64,000 bases of DNA from a virus (lineage: Duplodnaviria > Caudoviricetes). A program made the position numbers and the translations under genes. Shown piece after piece: positions 1 to 12,891 of the stretch; the first letter of the stretch is position 1; each line of letters opens with the position of its first letter. Location of the stretch: positions 17,403 to 81,402 of IMG/VR virus record IMGVR_UViG_3300021400_000447. The stretch is one strand, 5' to 3'. The notes beneath the pieces are model-generated. The model worked only from the letters and a program-made list of their open reading frames with translations, ran no database searches and was not told the DNA's origin.

Positions 1-2
1 AT

Positions 3-191
3 TTAGAGCCTAAAAAATATTTCTGGGACATAACCATTTATAATTCACCGGATTATGGGGATGACGAACCATATAAAGATAATAAAGACATTATGCCAAA
101 AAATGGCGCAGAGATACACTCTTATTATGCAGCATATAAACTTCCCATTTGCGATATACGGGAGGTGGCCGAGAATGTATCCCGCACGTGA
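3..191 (+). CDS. 3' end of an unknown gene running in from the left edge
   Basis: Frame 3 is open from the window start to TGA 189-191 and overlaps the GGAGGTG RBS of the next gene. Confidence 0.55.
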   Translation, partial: LEPKKYFWDITIYNSPDYGDDEPYKDNKDIMPKNGAEIHSYYAAYKLPICDIREVAENVSRT

Positions 192-648
192 GCGAAAACG
201 CACAAGAGATTTATTATTAGAATATGATATATCAATTATGCCGCCACGCCCACGTGCGGACGGCTTATCTATTGCCTTTCCTTGGGGAAATGCGAATTTA
301 GTAGATGATACAAATGGCACAATGCCTCCAACCCCGACCGCCGCAGAAATGGCAAGCTTATATCCGTGGGCAAATACAGCAATAACTATTTTAATGCATT
401 AGTTTTATATTGTTGCTGTACAACATGGATACACTGGCAGTGAGCAAGACTATTTCAATAGCTTTGGTACATATGTTGGAGATAAATGTATTATTTATGG
501 TACATTAATGAAATTCCCAAATCCTGGGAGTAAAGATAAATTATATTTTGATTTAGAAGAAAAAATATTGTATTATTGGGATGAAGGCTATATTCCCGTA
601 AATGCAATGCTTATTGCTAATACTTAGTTGGATGGAGGTGAAGCCTAA
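175..648 (+). CDS. Hypothetical virion/tail protein (2 in-frame TAG)
   Basis: GGAGGTG then ATG 175; reads through TAG 400 and 625 to TAA 646-648, which overlaps the next ATG (TAATG). Confidence 0.7.
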
Positions 649-1352
649 TGCCCAGCAATAGTGTACGAGTTACATTACAAATTAGACATGATGTTAAAGA
701 TAATTGGGTAATTAGGAATCCAATCCTCGCCCAAGGAGAATATGGTTTAGAAACTGATACATTTTTAATTAAAGTGGGAGATGGCGTTTCTGATTGGAGC
801 CATCTCCCATATTTAAATAAATTAGATGCATCATATTTTAAAACCAATGATGAAGACGGCACAATTACTTTTAGTGATAGTTTTATGAATACTATCGCTA
901 CTCTGGAGGCCGCGGCTGGATAGGCAATTACTAAATTAGAAGTAACGGATCCTCCAGTTAAAGACATTGATGTACCAAATAAAAAATATGTAGATGATGC
1001 TATTCGTTAGGCTGGCCATTTACATCGTGAAGTTGTATCTACATTACCAGATGCGGCCGCAGCTGATGAGAATACACTTTATATGATACTTTCAACTAGT
1101 GGAGATCATTATGAAGAATATATGGTCATTAATGGTAATTGGGATATGGTCGGTTCAACAGGAGATGGCACTGGTGGCGCATATGAATTACCGGTCGCAA
1201 CTAACGCACGTTTAGGTGGCGTTAAATCATCTACACAAGATGGCTTTTTAGCAGTGACAGAAGAAGGATTTATTACTTTTAATGGAGTCCCAACAACAAA
1301 ACTTTATGTTCCTACAGGAGATACGTTTATTATATATGGCGGCAGTGCTTAA
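648..1352 (+). CDS. Tail fibre-associated protein, Mtd_N/hyaluronidase-like N-terminus
   Basis: W..RNPILAQGEYGLETDT..IKVGDG..W..LPY motif; ORFs 648-923 and 1083-1352 join across 2 TAG; ends TAA. Confidence 0.75.
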
Positions 1353-1368
1353 TAAGGAGGTGGCGTAA

Positions 1369-3306
1369 ATGGCGGAGGAACATCAGATCGAAGCACGCAT
1401 ATTATTACGCTACGATACTTATTAGAATTGGATGAGCAGTTCGGTTATTTTGCTAAAAGGGGAGGCAGCGATTGCTGTATTTCCAACGCCAACTAGAATA
1501 ATAGAAAATTTATCTAATAGTTAGCCAGATAATACTCCACCAGCTATTGGTATTAAAATTGGTGATGGTCGTCATTATTTCTATGAACTACCATGGGTAT
1601 AGGCTGTCGCGGCGGATGTTTATGAATGGGCGAAATCATCTACTAAGCCATCTTATAGCGCACAAGAAATACAAGGTTTATAGAACTATATTGAAAATTA
1701 TATTAATGGTGATGTAGACGTAAATATTAGTCCACGCATCTATTCGCTTGTACAAGGCACTGGTGATAATATCAATAGATATTATTTACGATATAAAGAA
1801 ACTTCTACTGACAACGATTGGATAATTGACACCAGTTCATATATTGATTTAAGCGATATATAGCGTTTATTAAATTGGATTGGAGAAAATTATGTAGAAG
1901 AATACGCAAATTTAGTTTCTTTAAACGCAGATTAGATTAGATTTTTCTTAGGACAATTAAATTATAATGACACAGAATAGCCAAATTAGTTTGTAACGTC
2001 CGTATCGGAATCTAATGGTATTGTTTCAGTAACACGCGCGCAACCATCGTTTAATAATATTAAGGGCATTGTGAGCGTTGAACAAGGTGGCACTGGTAAA
2101 GCAACATTTAATGAAAATGAAGTCTTAGTTGGTAACGGGAATGAAATAAAAACGATTCCAATAGCAGAATCTATTGAAAATAATTATAATTTAGTTCCAA
2201 ATTATTTAGTAAAATAGTATGTAGATTCTGCAACTAGCGGCCTTACGGGAGCAATGCACTTTAAAGGAGAGGCTACTGTTCAAATTATTAATGGTTCTTC
2301 TGTTAATCCGCGAATTAATGATTATAATTTTTCAAAAGCGGAGCCAGGCGATGTAATCTTAGGTAGTAATAAAGAAGAGTATGTTTGGACTGGAGGATAC
2401 TGGCGCCTTTTGGGTGATGAAGGCTCTTATGCTATTAAGGGCTCAATTACTAATGCTGATATTGCCGATGACGCTAATATTGCCATTAGTAAGATTGCTA
2501 GTTTATCAGATTTACTCAACGCAAAAGTTGATAAAGTGGAAGGCAAGTCACTCTCTACCAACGACTTCACTACCGAATACAAACAAAAACTTGATGACAT
2601 TGAGGATAATGCTTAGCGCAATCTTATTGAGCATATTTATATAAACGGCACCGAAGCGACTCCAATTACCATTGATGGTAAACCTAATTCACTTGCTATA
2701 CGACTTAGTTCACTTACACCTGAAGAAGAGGAAAAACTTCGTGGTATTGAAAATAATGCACAGGTAAATGCTATTGAACACATTTTTTTAAATGAAGAAG
2801 AAATAGCAATAAAAACTGTTAAAACATTACCAAAATCAATTAATATAGAATTAATACCATACACCGAAGAAGAACAAACAAAATTGGCTGGTATCGCTGA
2901 AGGTGCACAAGTTAATACTGTTGAGGGCATAACAGTTAATGGTACACCAATTTCGCCTGATAGTTCTAAAATAGTAGCTATCACAATCCCAGACCATGCA
3001 GAACATGAAAATAAAATTGAACGTATTTATTTTAATGACATTGAATTTGCTCCAAATAAGGATAAAGAAGTCCGAATCACTATCGACGAGGCCGCGCTTA
3101 AATTACAGGTACTTAAAGGAGCGATTATTCCTAAAGAAACAAATCCAAATGAAACTGAAGATGTAGATATTGATAGTACGTCGAAAAAATTAAAGTTAGC
3201 TCGTATCGCTGCGACTGGAAATATAGAAGATATTTTGCAGAACGCAAATTCATATATTGTATTGAACTGCGGTTCAAGTACAGTAAATATTCAAGATCTT
3301 GGCTGA
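1369..3306 (+). CDS. Tail fibre-type protein with internal KL.GI..NAQ.N..E.I..NG repeats
   Basis: AAGGAGGTG RBS; one frame with about 10 TAG to TGA 3304-3306; KIGDG...LPW.QAVAADVY.WAK motif. Confidence 0.75.
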
Positions 3307-3331
3307 AAATGATGCCAAGGAGGTGTTATAT

Positions 3332-3895
3332 ATGGCTGCGAAAACCATAAATACACGCATTCAGTTGAAAAATGATACTGAGCTACATTGGAGATAGTCT
3401 GTCCTTAGAACAGACCACAGGGATGGTCTTAAAGATTCTGGCACTTCTTTTGTGCCTCTTTTGGGTGAGCTCATCATTTTTTCAAGTGATGATGCTCACC
3501 CTTTTTCTCGTTTAAAGGTCGGAGACGGAATGCAGAATGTTTTGGCATTGCCTTTTATTGACGCGGGGACAATTGATGGTGAAATCTTAGCTGACGTGAT
3601 AGTTACAGGAGCAAATAGATATTCTTTCCCTTCTATGGGATAGGAACATAAATTGTATGTTGATTTAGATAAGAATGTGATATATTGTTATAAACCTAAT
3701 ACTGGCTTTACACAATTATCTAACTTTAAATATAAACCAACAAAAACATAGATTCAAACAATAAATAGTTGGGACCCAGGAGTAATGACCACCGCGACGG
3801 TAACCAATAATAATTTAGTTATTGAGAATGGAGCCGCGCCTATACTTAAACTGGGAACATTAAATGTGGTCACAGATATAAGTGAGGTGAATTAA
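3332..3895 (+). CDS. Tail-associated protein (Mtd_N-like GE.....D....KVGDG motif)
   Basis: AAGGAGGTG RBS, ATG 3332, TAG readthrough, TAA 3893-3895. Confidence 0.7.
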
Positions 3896-3897
3896 GA

Positions 3898-5409
3898 ATG
3901 GCAGTAGGGAGTTATATTGGATAGGTAAATATAGGTGCGAATACACATGCTATTGGCTCTACATTGTTTGGCGCAAGTAATACAATAGCTACAGAAGCAG
4001 CAAAAGTTGCGTTATTAGATGGATTTAATTCGCTTGCTACAGGAGTTACCGTGCATATATTATTTACCACGGCAAATACAATATCAACTGGAGTAACGCT
4101 AAAAGTTGGTAGTACCGAGGCGAAACCAATTACAAATCCTAATGGTTCATTATTATGGAATGCGAATTCAATTATTAGTTTCACATATGATGGTACTACA
4201 AATTGGGTTATTAATAGTGCATAGATTGATACAAGTAACATTACAATTGATATGAATCAATTAAAGAATTTATCTTTAGGTAATATAACCAATGAAGGTA
4301 AAATAAATAATTCTCCAAATAGAATAGTTGTTACAGATAATAATTCATTAGTTACTACAGGAGCGACTTTAGGAAGCATCGCTGATGGTACATTTTTAGA
4401 TAATACTGGAACTTTTAGAAGTTTACTTGATACAGATGTTCCTGGTACAATCGCACGATTAGATTCACCAGATTTTACAGGCACACCTACTGCTCCAACA
4501 GTAGTAGACGCAACAGATAGTTCTACTAATATTGCTACTACTGCATTCGTCGCGGCGGCAATCAATAGCAAATTAGCCGCGAATGATGCCATGTAGTTTA
4601 AGGGAACAATAAGTGATCCAGCAACAATTCCATCAACACATCAAGCAGGTGATACATATAGAATTACCGCAGCCGGCAATTATGCTGGGTATAAATGTGA
4701 GGTTGGCGACTTATTAATTTGTACTACGGATGGCACTTCTGCAAATGACAGCCATTGGACAGTTGCTTAGACCAATATTGATGGTTCATTATTTATGGGC
4801 TCTAATTCGCTTACATCTGGCGAATTATTGATTGCTGATGGTGCTGCTGGTAAAGTAAAGAGTAGTGGTTTCACTATTGAAGCGCCATCTGCCGGCGGTA
4901 TTTTATATGGTAGCAGCACTAACGCCTATAATGTTTTAGCTGCTGGCGGGGCTGCTAATGCTAATAAAGTATTAACCATGAACGCGACTGGGACTGCTCC
5001 AGAGTGGGCAGATGCGCAGCATTATACTTCTTATTTGTATGTTACATCTGCAAATGGTACAAATAATACTTCAACCATATTATCTAATAATAATGTTTAT
5101 TTACGTTTATTTGAAAATAGCACTGCTCGTTCTACGCATAAAATTAGTGGTGCTGGCGCGACTTTAGTTACTACAGATGCAAGCGCAAATATTATTATTA
5201 CTAGTACTGATACTCAATTTACTTCTGCAGGTAGCGCAAATGCATTAACTAATTTAACATTAGCATATACAGCTAATGGAACAACCAACACTGAGACTCC
5301 AAGTACCGCTACTGCTGTTGGAGTGGTTGAAAACGGTATATTATATATGAAATCTATTACTTATAGTACTACATCTGTAAGCACAGGAGTAGTAGCTGTA
5401 ACAACTTAA
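3898..5409 (+). CDS. Tail fibre protein
   Basis: ORFs 3964, 4252 and 4795 are in one frame joined by TAG; SP.FTGTPTAPT...IATTAFV fibre motif; T/S/G/N-rich. Confidence 0.8.
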
Positions 5410-5423
5410 GTGGGGTGAACTAA

Positions 5424-8400
5424 ATGGGTTATGTAAATAAAGTAGTAGATAATGTAGGAACTCATTTAGTAGAGCCAACATTATACACTGCTGCAGGCGG
5501 CACTGCTGCCGCGTACACTGCAGCGATCAGTACTTTTGAATTGGTAGAAGGCGTCATGATTAATTTAAAGATTCCGACTACCAATGCAGCATCTGCTACA
5601 TTAAGCATTAATAATACAACAGCGAAAAATATTTATTATAATAATGCAGCTATCGCGGAAAAAGTATTAAAAGCTAATCATATTTATAATTTAACATACG
5701 ACGGTACAAATTGGGTATTAGTTGGGGATTTAGATGCCGAAGTAAACATAACGAATACTTCATTGCCCTCATCTGGAAATAAGATTTATTATTTAACTTA
5801 TAGTGTAAGCACTACTACTGGTAATCAAAAATTAAATAACAGCGATAGACTATATTTATATGAAAATACAACAGATTCATATTTAGCTGTTGGCAGTGGC
5901 TCTACCAGTGGTGGCTTAACCATACGTAATAAAAATGGAAAATATATGAATATAGTTACATCTGCATTTAGTGACAATTAGACTTTAACATTACCAGATA
6001 AAACTGGTATTATTGCATTAACAGGTGATATACCAACTAAAGTAAGCCAATTAACTAATGATTCTGGATATGTAAAATCTTCTGGTGTTACATCCATTAC
6101 ATTAAAAGCGGGCGCCGGTATAACATTAGATACAGATAATACAGCAATTACAAATACTGGGGAACGTACCATTAGTATAAGTGGATTAAATACTTCATCT
6201 GGTTCCACTACAAAATGGCTTAATTAGAAAGGAGGATGGAGCACGCCAACAGCGGCGTAGGTTGGCGCAGCTCCTGCAGTTACTGGCGGTTATTTACCAT
6301 TAAGTGGCGGAGCAATGACGGGCAATATTCGCCGTTATTATGATGCTGCAAGTACTGAACCTATGATTACTATGCTTTCTAATAATTTGGATATCATTTT
6401 ATGGGAAGCAGGACATGGCGCTGCCGCCGCGGCAACAACTACATCTAATCATTATAAATTATTATATAAAGGGACAGGCTATACTGGAAATAATGAGAAT
6501 TATTTATAGCTAATTGCACATAAATCTGATGATAACATTGCAGTTCAAATAGATGAGGCAGGTAAAATTATTTTGCCACAGATGGCTACTGGCGCTGTAG
6601 ACACACCAATTTATATTAATAGTGATGGTGTGATTACTGCTGGCACTAAATTAGGAGCAAGCGCTTATCATGCTGACTCTTATTTTGCATTAGCGTCTCA
6701 TGGTACGCATGTTACTGCTGCAACAGTTAAATCAGCTTTAGGAACGGTTACTACAACCGCAAAAAAATTCTTAAAAGATACTGGCGCATGGGCATAGGTT
6801 AATTGGAGTGATTTGAGTGGTGTGCCAGATACGTTTACGCCTGAAACACATACGCATAATTCTGATAATACTTTAATGCATGGATATACACGTTCATAGA
6901 TTGGCACATCGCCAAATTATGATAATCCATAGTATGATGGCAAAAAAATTAATGGTATTTATGAAATACGCAAAGCTTCTGAAGTGAGCGGGCAAACTGG
7001 CACAAGACCGCCAGCCGCCGATTATTATCCAATGTTAAGCTTGCAAACAGAAAACGTAATGATGTAGCTTGGCGGTAGTAACTCATAGGGTTGGTTTATT
7101 CGTGGAAAATAGGCAGCAAATGTTACACTTGCAAATGTTGATTGGCAACAATTAATAACAGATGCAAATTATAAATCTTATGCATGGGCGCGTCCATCAT
7201 CCATTGCATCTGGTTAGATATTAGTAAGTAATGGAGCTGCAGGAGAAACTACATTACGCGGTATATATACCTTAAGTACGACTGATGACACTGGATGGAG
7301 CACAACGGCAAATAGAACTAAAATTCCAGACATGAGTTTTATGGCATATTGGAATGGCGCGTATAATGGTACTAGCAGTAATTTATCAGTTCTTGGTACA
7401 ATTACTACTGGTACTTGGAACGCTTCTGTAATTGAATCAGCTTACATAGATACAGCGATAGCACGACTTGCATCTCCAGCTTTCACAGGTACTCCGACAG
7501 CGCCCACCGCGGAAGATGGTACTAATAACACTCAAATTGCTACTACAGCTTTTGTTATGAATGCTTTTAAAACAAATGATGCAATGCTCTATAAAGGAGT
7601 AATAAATGCTGATTCTGATTTACCAACTACACATTATCAAGGATGGACTTACAAGATAGGCACGGCGGGAAAGTATGCTGGTATTTAGTGTGAAGTCGGT
7701 GATATGATTATATGTAATACCGATGGTACAACTGCGAATAATGCTCATTGGAATATCATTCAAACCAATATTGATGGAGCAGTTACAAGCTCTTCCGATA
7801 GCTCAACAGACAATGCATTGGCTGTATGGAGCGGCACTAGCGGAAGAATTATTAAAAATCAATCATATGTCACATATTTAAATCATAGTCAGATTACAGG
7901 TAAAAACTTTTATTAGGATGGTTTATTAATAAATGGTGTCACCGAAAACGGAACACCTGTATTTGGAGATGCAGGCCCATAGCTACAGTTTAATGATAGC
8001 GGTCAGCAAGGTAGCATTATATTTACTAGATTTGATAACGGATTTGCTAATTCTGCGTCATGGCATTTTGTTGCAAATCAATCATCTGGCACTAATGTTA
8101 CATCAACCGGTTTTACTGCGAAAACATATTTAACTATTGGACAAAATGCATTGGATACAGATTATAATTTATCCGTGACAGGAACAACAAAACTTAGTGG
8201 AAATGTTAATGTAATAAGTAATACTCCAAGAATATTATTTAAAGAAATGGATGCAGATAAATCAGTCGCGCCATCAAGTGCTACACAATAGGGTATATTT
8301 TTTACTGACCAAAATGGTGCAACACTTGGCCTATTGGATTAGCGTATTTATTCTGAGTCAAATCGTATGGAATATTTAGTGCTTGAACCAAATAATAACA

Positions 8401-10352
8401 CTAACGTTTACCATGGCTTGCGTCTTTACGCGCCGTTCCCTGTAAACAATACACGCACATCAGCTTACGCAGAATTTGATGCTGGGTCGTATCTCAAATT
8501 AAACAACGATACAGACGCAACAGCAGCAGATACTGGCGCATTACGTGTGTTGGGTGGCGCAAGCATATCCAAATCATTGTATGCTAAACTTGGTATATTT
8601 GACGCAATTTAGAATTATGTCATCGTAGATCGTACATCCACAACAATGACTGCTGGCGAACCATATACAGTCTTTTAGGCAAAATATAAAAACACAACTG
8701 GCGATGGTACTGCAACAATTAGTGCAATACGTGTTATTGGCACAGATGAAGCCGCAACAAGCTCTGGCGCGTTAAATAATGGATGTGTTTTAATTGGTAG
8801 CGGTACTGGTTGTGTATGGTTCTCCGCTGGTGAGAGTAGTTCTGCGTTCCCGAAAGTAGTTAGTTATAATGATGAGAACGCATATATTAGCGCAGACGCA
8901 CATATTGAATTTTATTCTAGCAATAGTACGAATGCGGCCAACTTATCTACCGATAATATAAGACATATCGCGCACTTTGACAAGACAGGCACAACTACAT
9001 TCTATAATAACATGACACTAGAAGCTGGTAGTATAACAGCAAATGCAGGTAATATTTTTTCTGGGACCGACAGCGCAAATGTGGAACGTGACGTTGGAGT
9101 TAAAACAACAGGCGGCGATTTGTATCTATACTCTACGCCAGCAGGCAATCGCGGTTTATATACTCACGCGCACGGTACTGGTGCGGCGAAAAATATTATA
9201 TCAATAGATACAAATAACAATGCTACTTTTGCTGGTCATAGTTCATTAGATATACCAATTAACTGGACAATTAGCAATGTAACACGCGGCATGGCAAATC
9301 CCTCTTCCGACCTGTGGTATGGCGGCCGCACATTAATAGATTCGTCTGGTTTAACTGGCGATTTAACAAAACGTCTATATCGCGAAGAAGCATTAATAGA
9401 AACAAATGGAAATAACAGTTATTTTTTCCGCACTTACAACAACGCCGGCACGACAGCCGAACACGTTTATTTACGTCTACTTGCAGGCCCAGCGTCTACA
9501 GGAATTAATAAACAAATAATAACAAATTCCGACTTCATAAGAGTAAATTCTGATACAGATCGTAATCTTGGTAGAGAGTTCAGAGCTACACGTGGAACTC
9601 GTTCTATTGAATTTGGATTTGGAACTGCCGGTGTTAATCGTGGTATTTATGATACAACATTAGCATAGTGGGTGTTTTATTCAGATGATTCAAATACTTA
9701 TTTAAGAACAGTATTACCTCTCGCAACAGAAACACAAGACTTAGGATCTGCGACTTACAAATGGCAAAATCTTTATACCAAAGGCATCTAGGCAGATACA
9801 ATTACAATTACAGACACAAACGCAGTTAGACACTTGAGGTTCTCACGTACAGGTTGGAACTATATTACTGCACCGAAAGGTGGCAGCCTTGCTTTTAGTG
9901 TAGGAGATTTCGCTGGCACTGGCACATGTCCACTATTAATTACTGGCACAATAAATGACAGCAATCAACTTACAGCTGGCGCACTATTTGCAGGATTGAC
10001 TAGTGTAGTTGATTTGGGTAGAAATACTAATTACTTCAAAACAGCATATATTAACACAGTTTCTGCATATGAATTATTATATTTAAATTCTGGTTCAAAT
10101 ACTAAAGCAATAGTATTCTAGCAAGGCGGTACTGAGCGTGCACGAATCAATACCAAAGGCCATCTACAAGTCAATACAAAAGTAGCACAAGATGCATTTG
10201 GTATTTTAGCTAACGATGCTATTGGTACAACTTCTCGCTATAGCTTTACATCTATACCTGTTAATGACGACGCAACAGCGCAAACAGTAAATGAGCACGC
10301 ATATATGCAATACAACACTGCTGATGATAGTATAGACTTTATTTTTAATTAA
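5424..10352 (+). CDS. Large tail fibre protein, about 1642 aa
   Basis: Eight track ORFs lie in the same frame separated only by TAG (21 counted); first TAA at 10350-10352; SPAFTGTPTAPT motif. Confidence 0.8.
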
Positions 10353-10369
10353 TACGAGGTGGTAATTAT

Positions 10370-12877
10370 ATGAGTCTAAAACTATGGTTACCACTTCGTG
10401 GTAATTTAAATAATTAGGGCATTAGTGACGCTACGGCAACCAATGGCGGCGGTGTCACTTTTGCCTCATCTGGCAATTTTGGTAGCAACGCAAGATTCCC
10501 TGGGTCATCTACAGGTTTCTTGCGGTTGCCACCACTACTACAAGCAACAGATGAGTTTACAATAGCCTTTTGGATGAAGCTAGATAGCATTACTTCCAAT
10601 GTTACATTTTATAGCCAACGCAACGCAGCGAATGCAACAGGATTTACAATATTTTATGTTTCAAGCAATACAGTTATTAGATTTGATGACGGCAGCACAT
10701 TAAATGCCACATTGCCATCCGCCGCTGCTAATAAATGGTATCATGTTGTTTGTTGCCGCGACTCAGAAAAGAAATATATTTATATTAATGGAATTCTTGC
10801 AGCTTCTGGAAATAAAGGCACGCCAAGCGCAGTAAATAGCAATTACTCTTTAATCGGCGGTTCTCAAGCGAATGCAGCAGGGTCTACACCAACAGCAAAC
10901 TATATGGCAGGATATCTTAATGATTATCGTATATATGACCATTGTATTTCCGCGGTTGAAGCGCATGAACTGTCACAAGGTTTATTATTGCATTATACAT
11001 TTGAAACAGCCAATTGCGGTCGTCCAAATTTAATTCTTAATGGTTTGCCGCATCTAAAAAATGTTACAAGCAATTGGAGTGCTTGGGTAAATAGTGGCGG
11101 CTGGCAAGCACCAATTTACTGTGAAGAGAATGGATATAGTTTTATGCGAGCAAAGTGTTTAATCAGCGGAAAGCAAGGTGGTATACACCATCCACCAGCA
11201 GATTATACTGCTTTAAAAAATGGAGTAACATATACATTATCAGCTTTTATCCGTGCTAGCGCGCCATGTCAAATTCGTTTTTATCAGGAATACATGACCA
11301 CGACTAATATAATAGACATATCCACTGAATGGAAATTTTATTCTTATAGTTGCGCATTAGATACTAGTAAAGCAAATCACTCGGACGTATTTTACTGCAT
11401 GCCAGAAACAGCAGTTGAAGGTTTAACTATTGATATCAGAATGGTCAAACTAGAAGAAGGCGATGGAGCAACTGCGTGGCGGCCGCACGTTAATGATTCA
11501 ATTGCAAGTCTGTACAATGGAGGCATCTCAAATGACGCAGGATATAAAATTCCAAATAGCATTACAGGCACTATAATTAGTGCAGGAACAAATGCAAGAG
11601 GTAAAAGTGGTATATATCTGCCGCATGATACTGCGACTACAATAGACATTTGTCTACCAAATGAAGACACAAATACCTGCGATTTTTCTAAAATACCACA
11701 AGGTACATTTAGTATGTGGATAAATAGACATAGTACGAATACTGGATGGCGGCATTATGCGTATTTTGCTAGCAATTATAACTGGACTGGAGTTACTGCT
11801 GACTTTTTAATTATTGGCTCCACTGGCGGCGCAGGGCTTACAATGGATTGTTGTAGCAATACTTTTGGTTATACTCCGAATTTAAATGAATGGAACATGT
11901 ATACAATTAGTTGGGACTTGGATGCGCATATTGCAAAGATGTATGTAAATGGGGAACTCAAAGCAACAAAAAATGATGATAAAATAAATACTACCTATGC
12001 AGCAACGTCCGCTACGTCACACTACATTGGTAATGCATGGAATGATACTAGCGCCTCACACGGTGCGCTTGGTATTCAAAGTGACTATTCTATAGATGAT
12101 GTGCGCATCTACAGCACTTGTTTACTTGACTCAGATATAAAAATGTTATATAATACTAGTATGAGAATAGACAAAAATAATAACATTCATCCATTTAATT
12201 TATTTGAAGGCGCGAAAAATGACATTGATAGACGAGGAAATCTAAATTGTAATACATTCTCAGAATATAATGGAATGTCCTTTTTAAAATATGATCCTGA
12301 TTTATATATAGAAGATGACGGTAGCTGTTGGGTTCATATTTTTCACCATTGCAATCCACATGGCGCAGCTTTTACTCAAGGTGATACATTTGATACATCA
12401 TGTTATATTGATGCAGATCGTTGGTTTAATGTAGAAGTTTGTAATTATATAGATAAATGGGAATTAATGACTAAATTTACTAAAACATATCTGGATACAG
12501 TAAGAGTATCACGATGGATACAGACAGCAAATCCATTAACTGCCACTTTTGCAGAAACAACAGCGAGTAAAATTACACGTATTCGCGCGGATGATGGAGT
12601 TAATAGTTATTGGGGCGGAATTTATAAATTAAATAATTCTAAAACTTATTTAACAACTAACGATGGGACAGATGGACACTGGTATGGCGACTATGGTTGT
12701 TTTATAACGGATTGGGCAAATGGCGGTATTCCTGGTTTTTCTAGTGGTACAAATGACTGTATTTCCACTGGCACTATTGATTTATACGTGCGCATAGATA
12801 ACGTAGATTTCAACAATGCTTCTGCAAAAACTACAAAAAATAACATGTGGATTGGAAATCAAATCATAGAGCGTTAA
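10370..12877 (+). CDS. LamG/concanavalin-A-like domain virion protein (probable receptor binding)
   Basis: MSLKLWLPL.GNLNN start; FTIAFW..., WYHVV..., YING, LNDYRIYDH LamG pattern twice; single TAG at codon 16. Confidence 0.8.
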
Positions 12878-12891
12878 AGGAGGAGAAAAGT

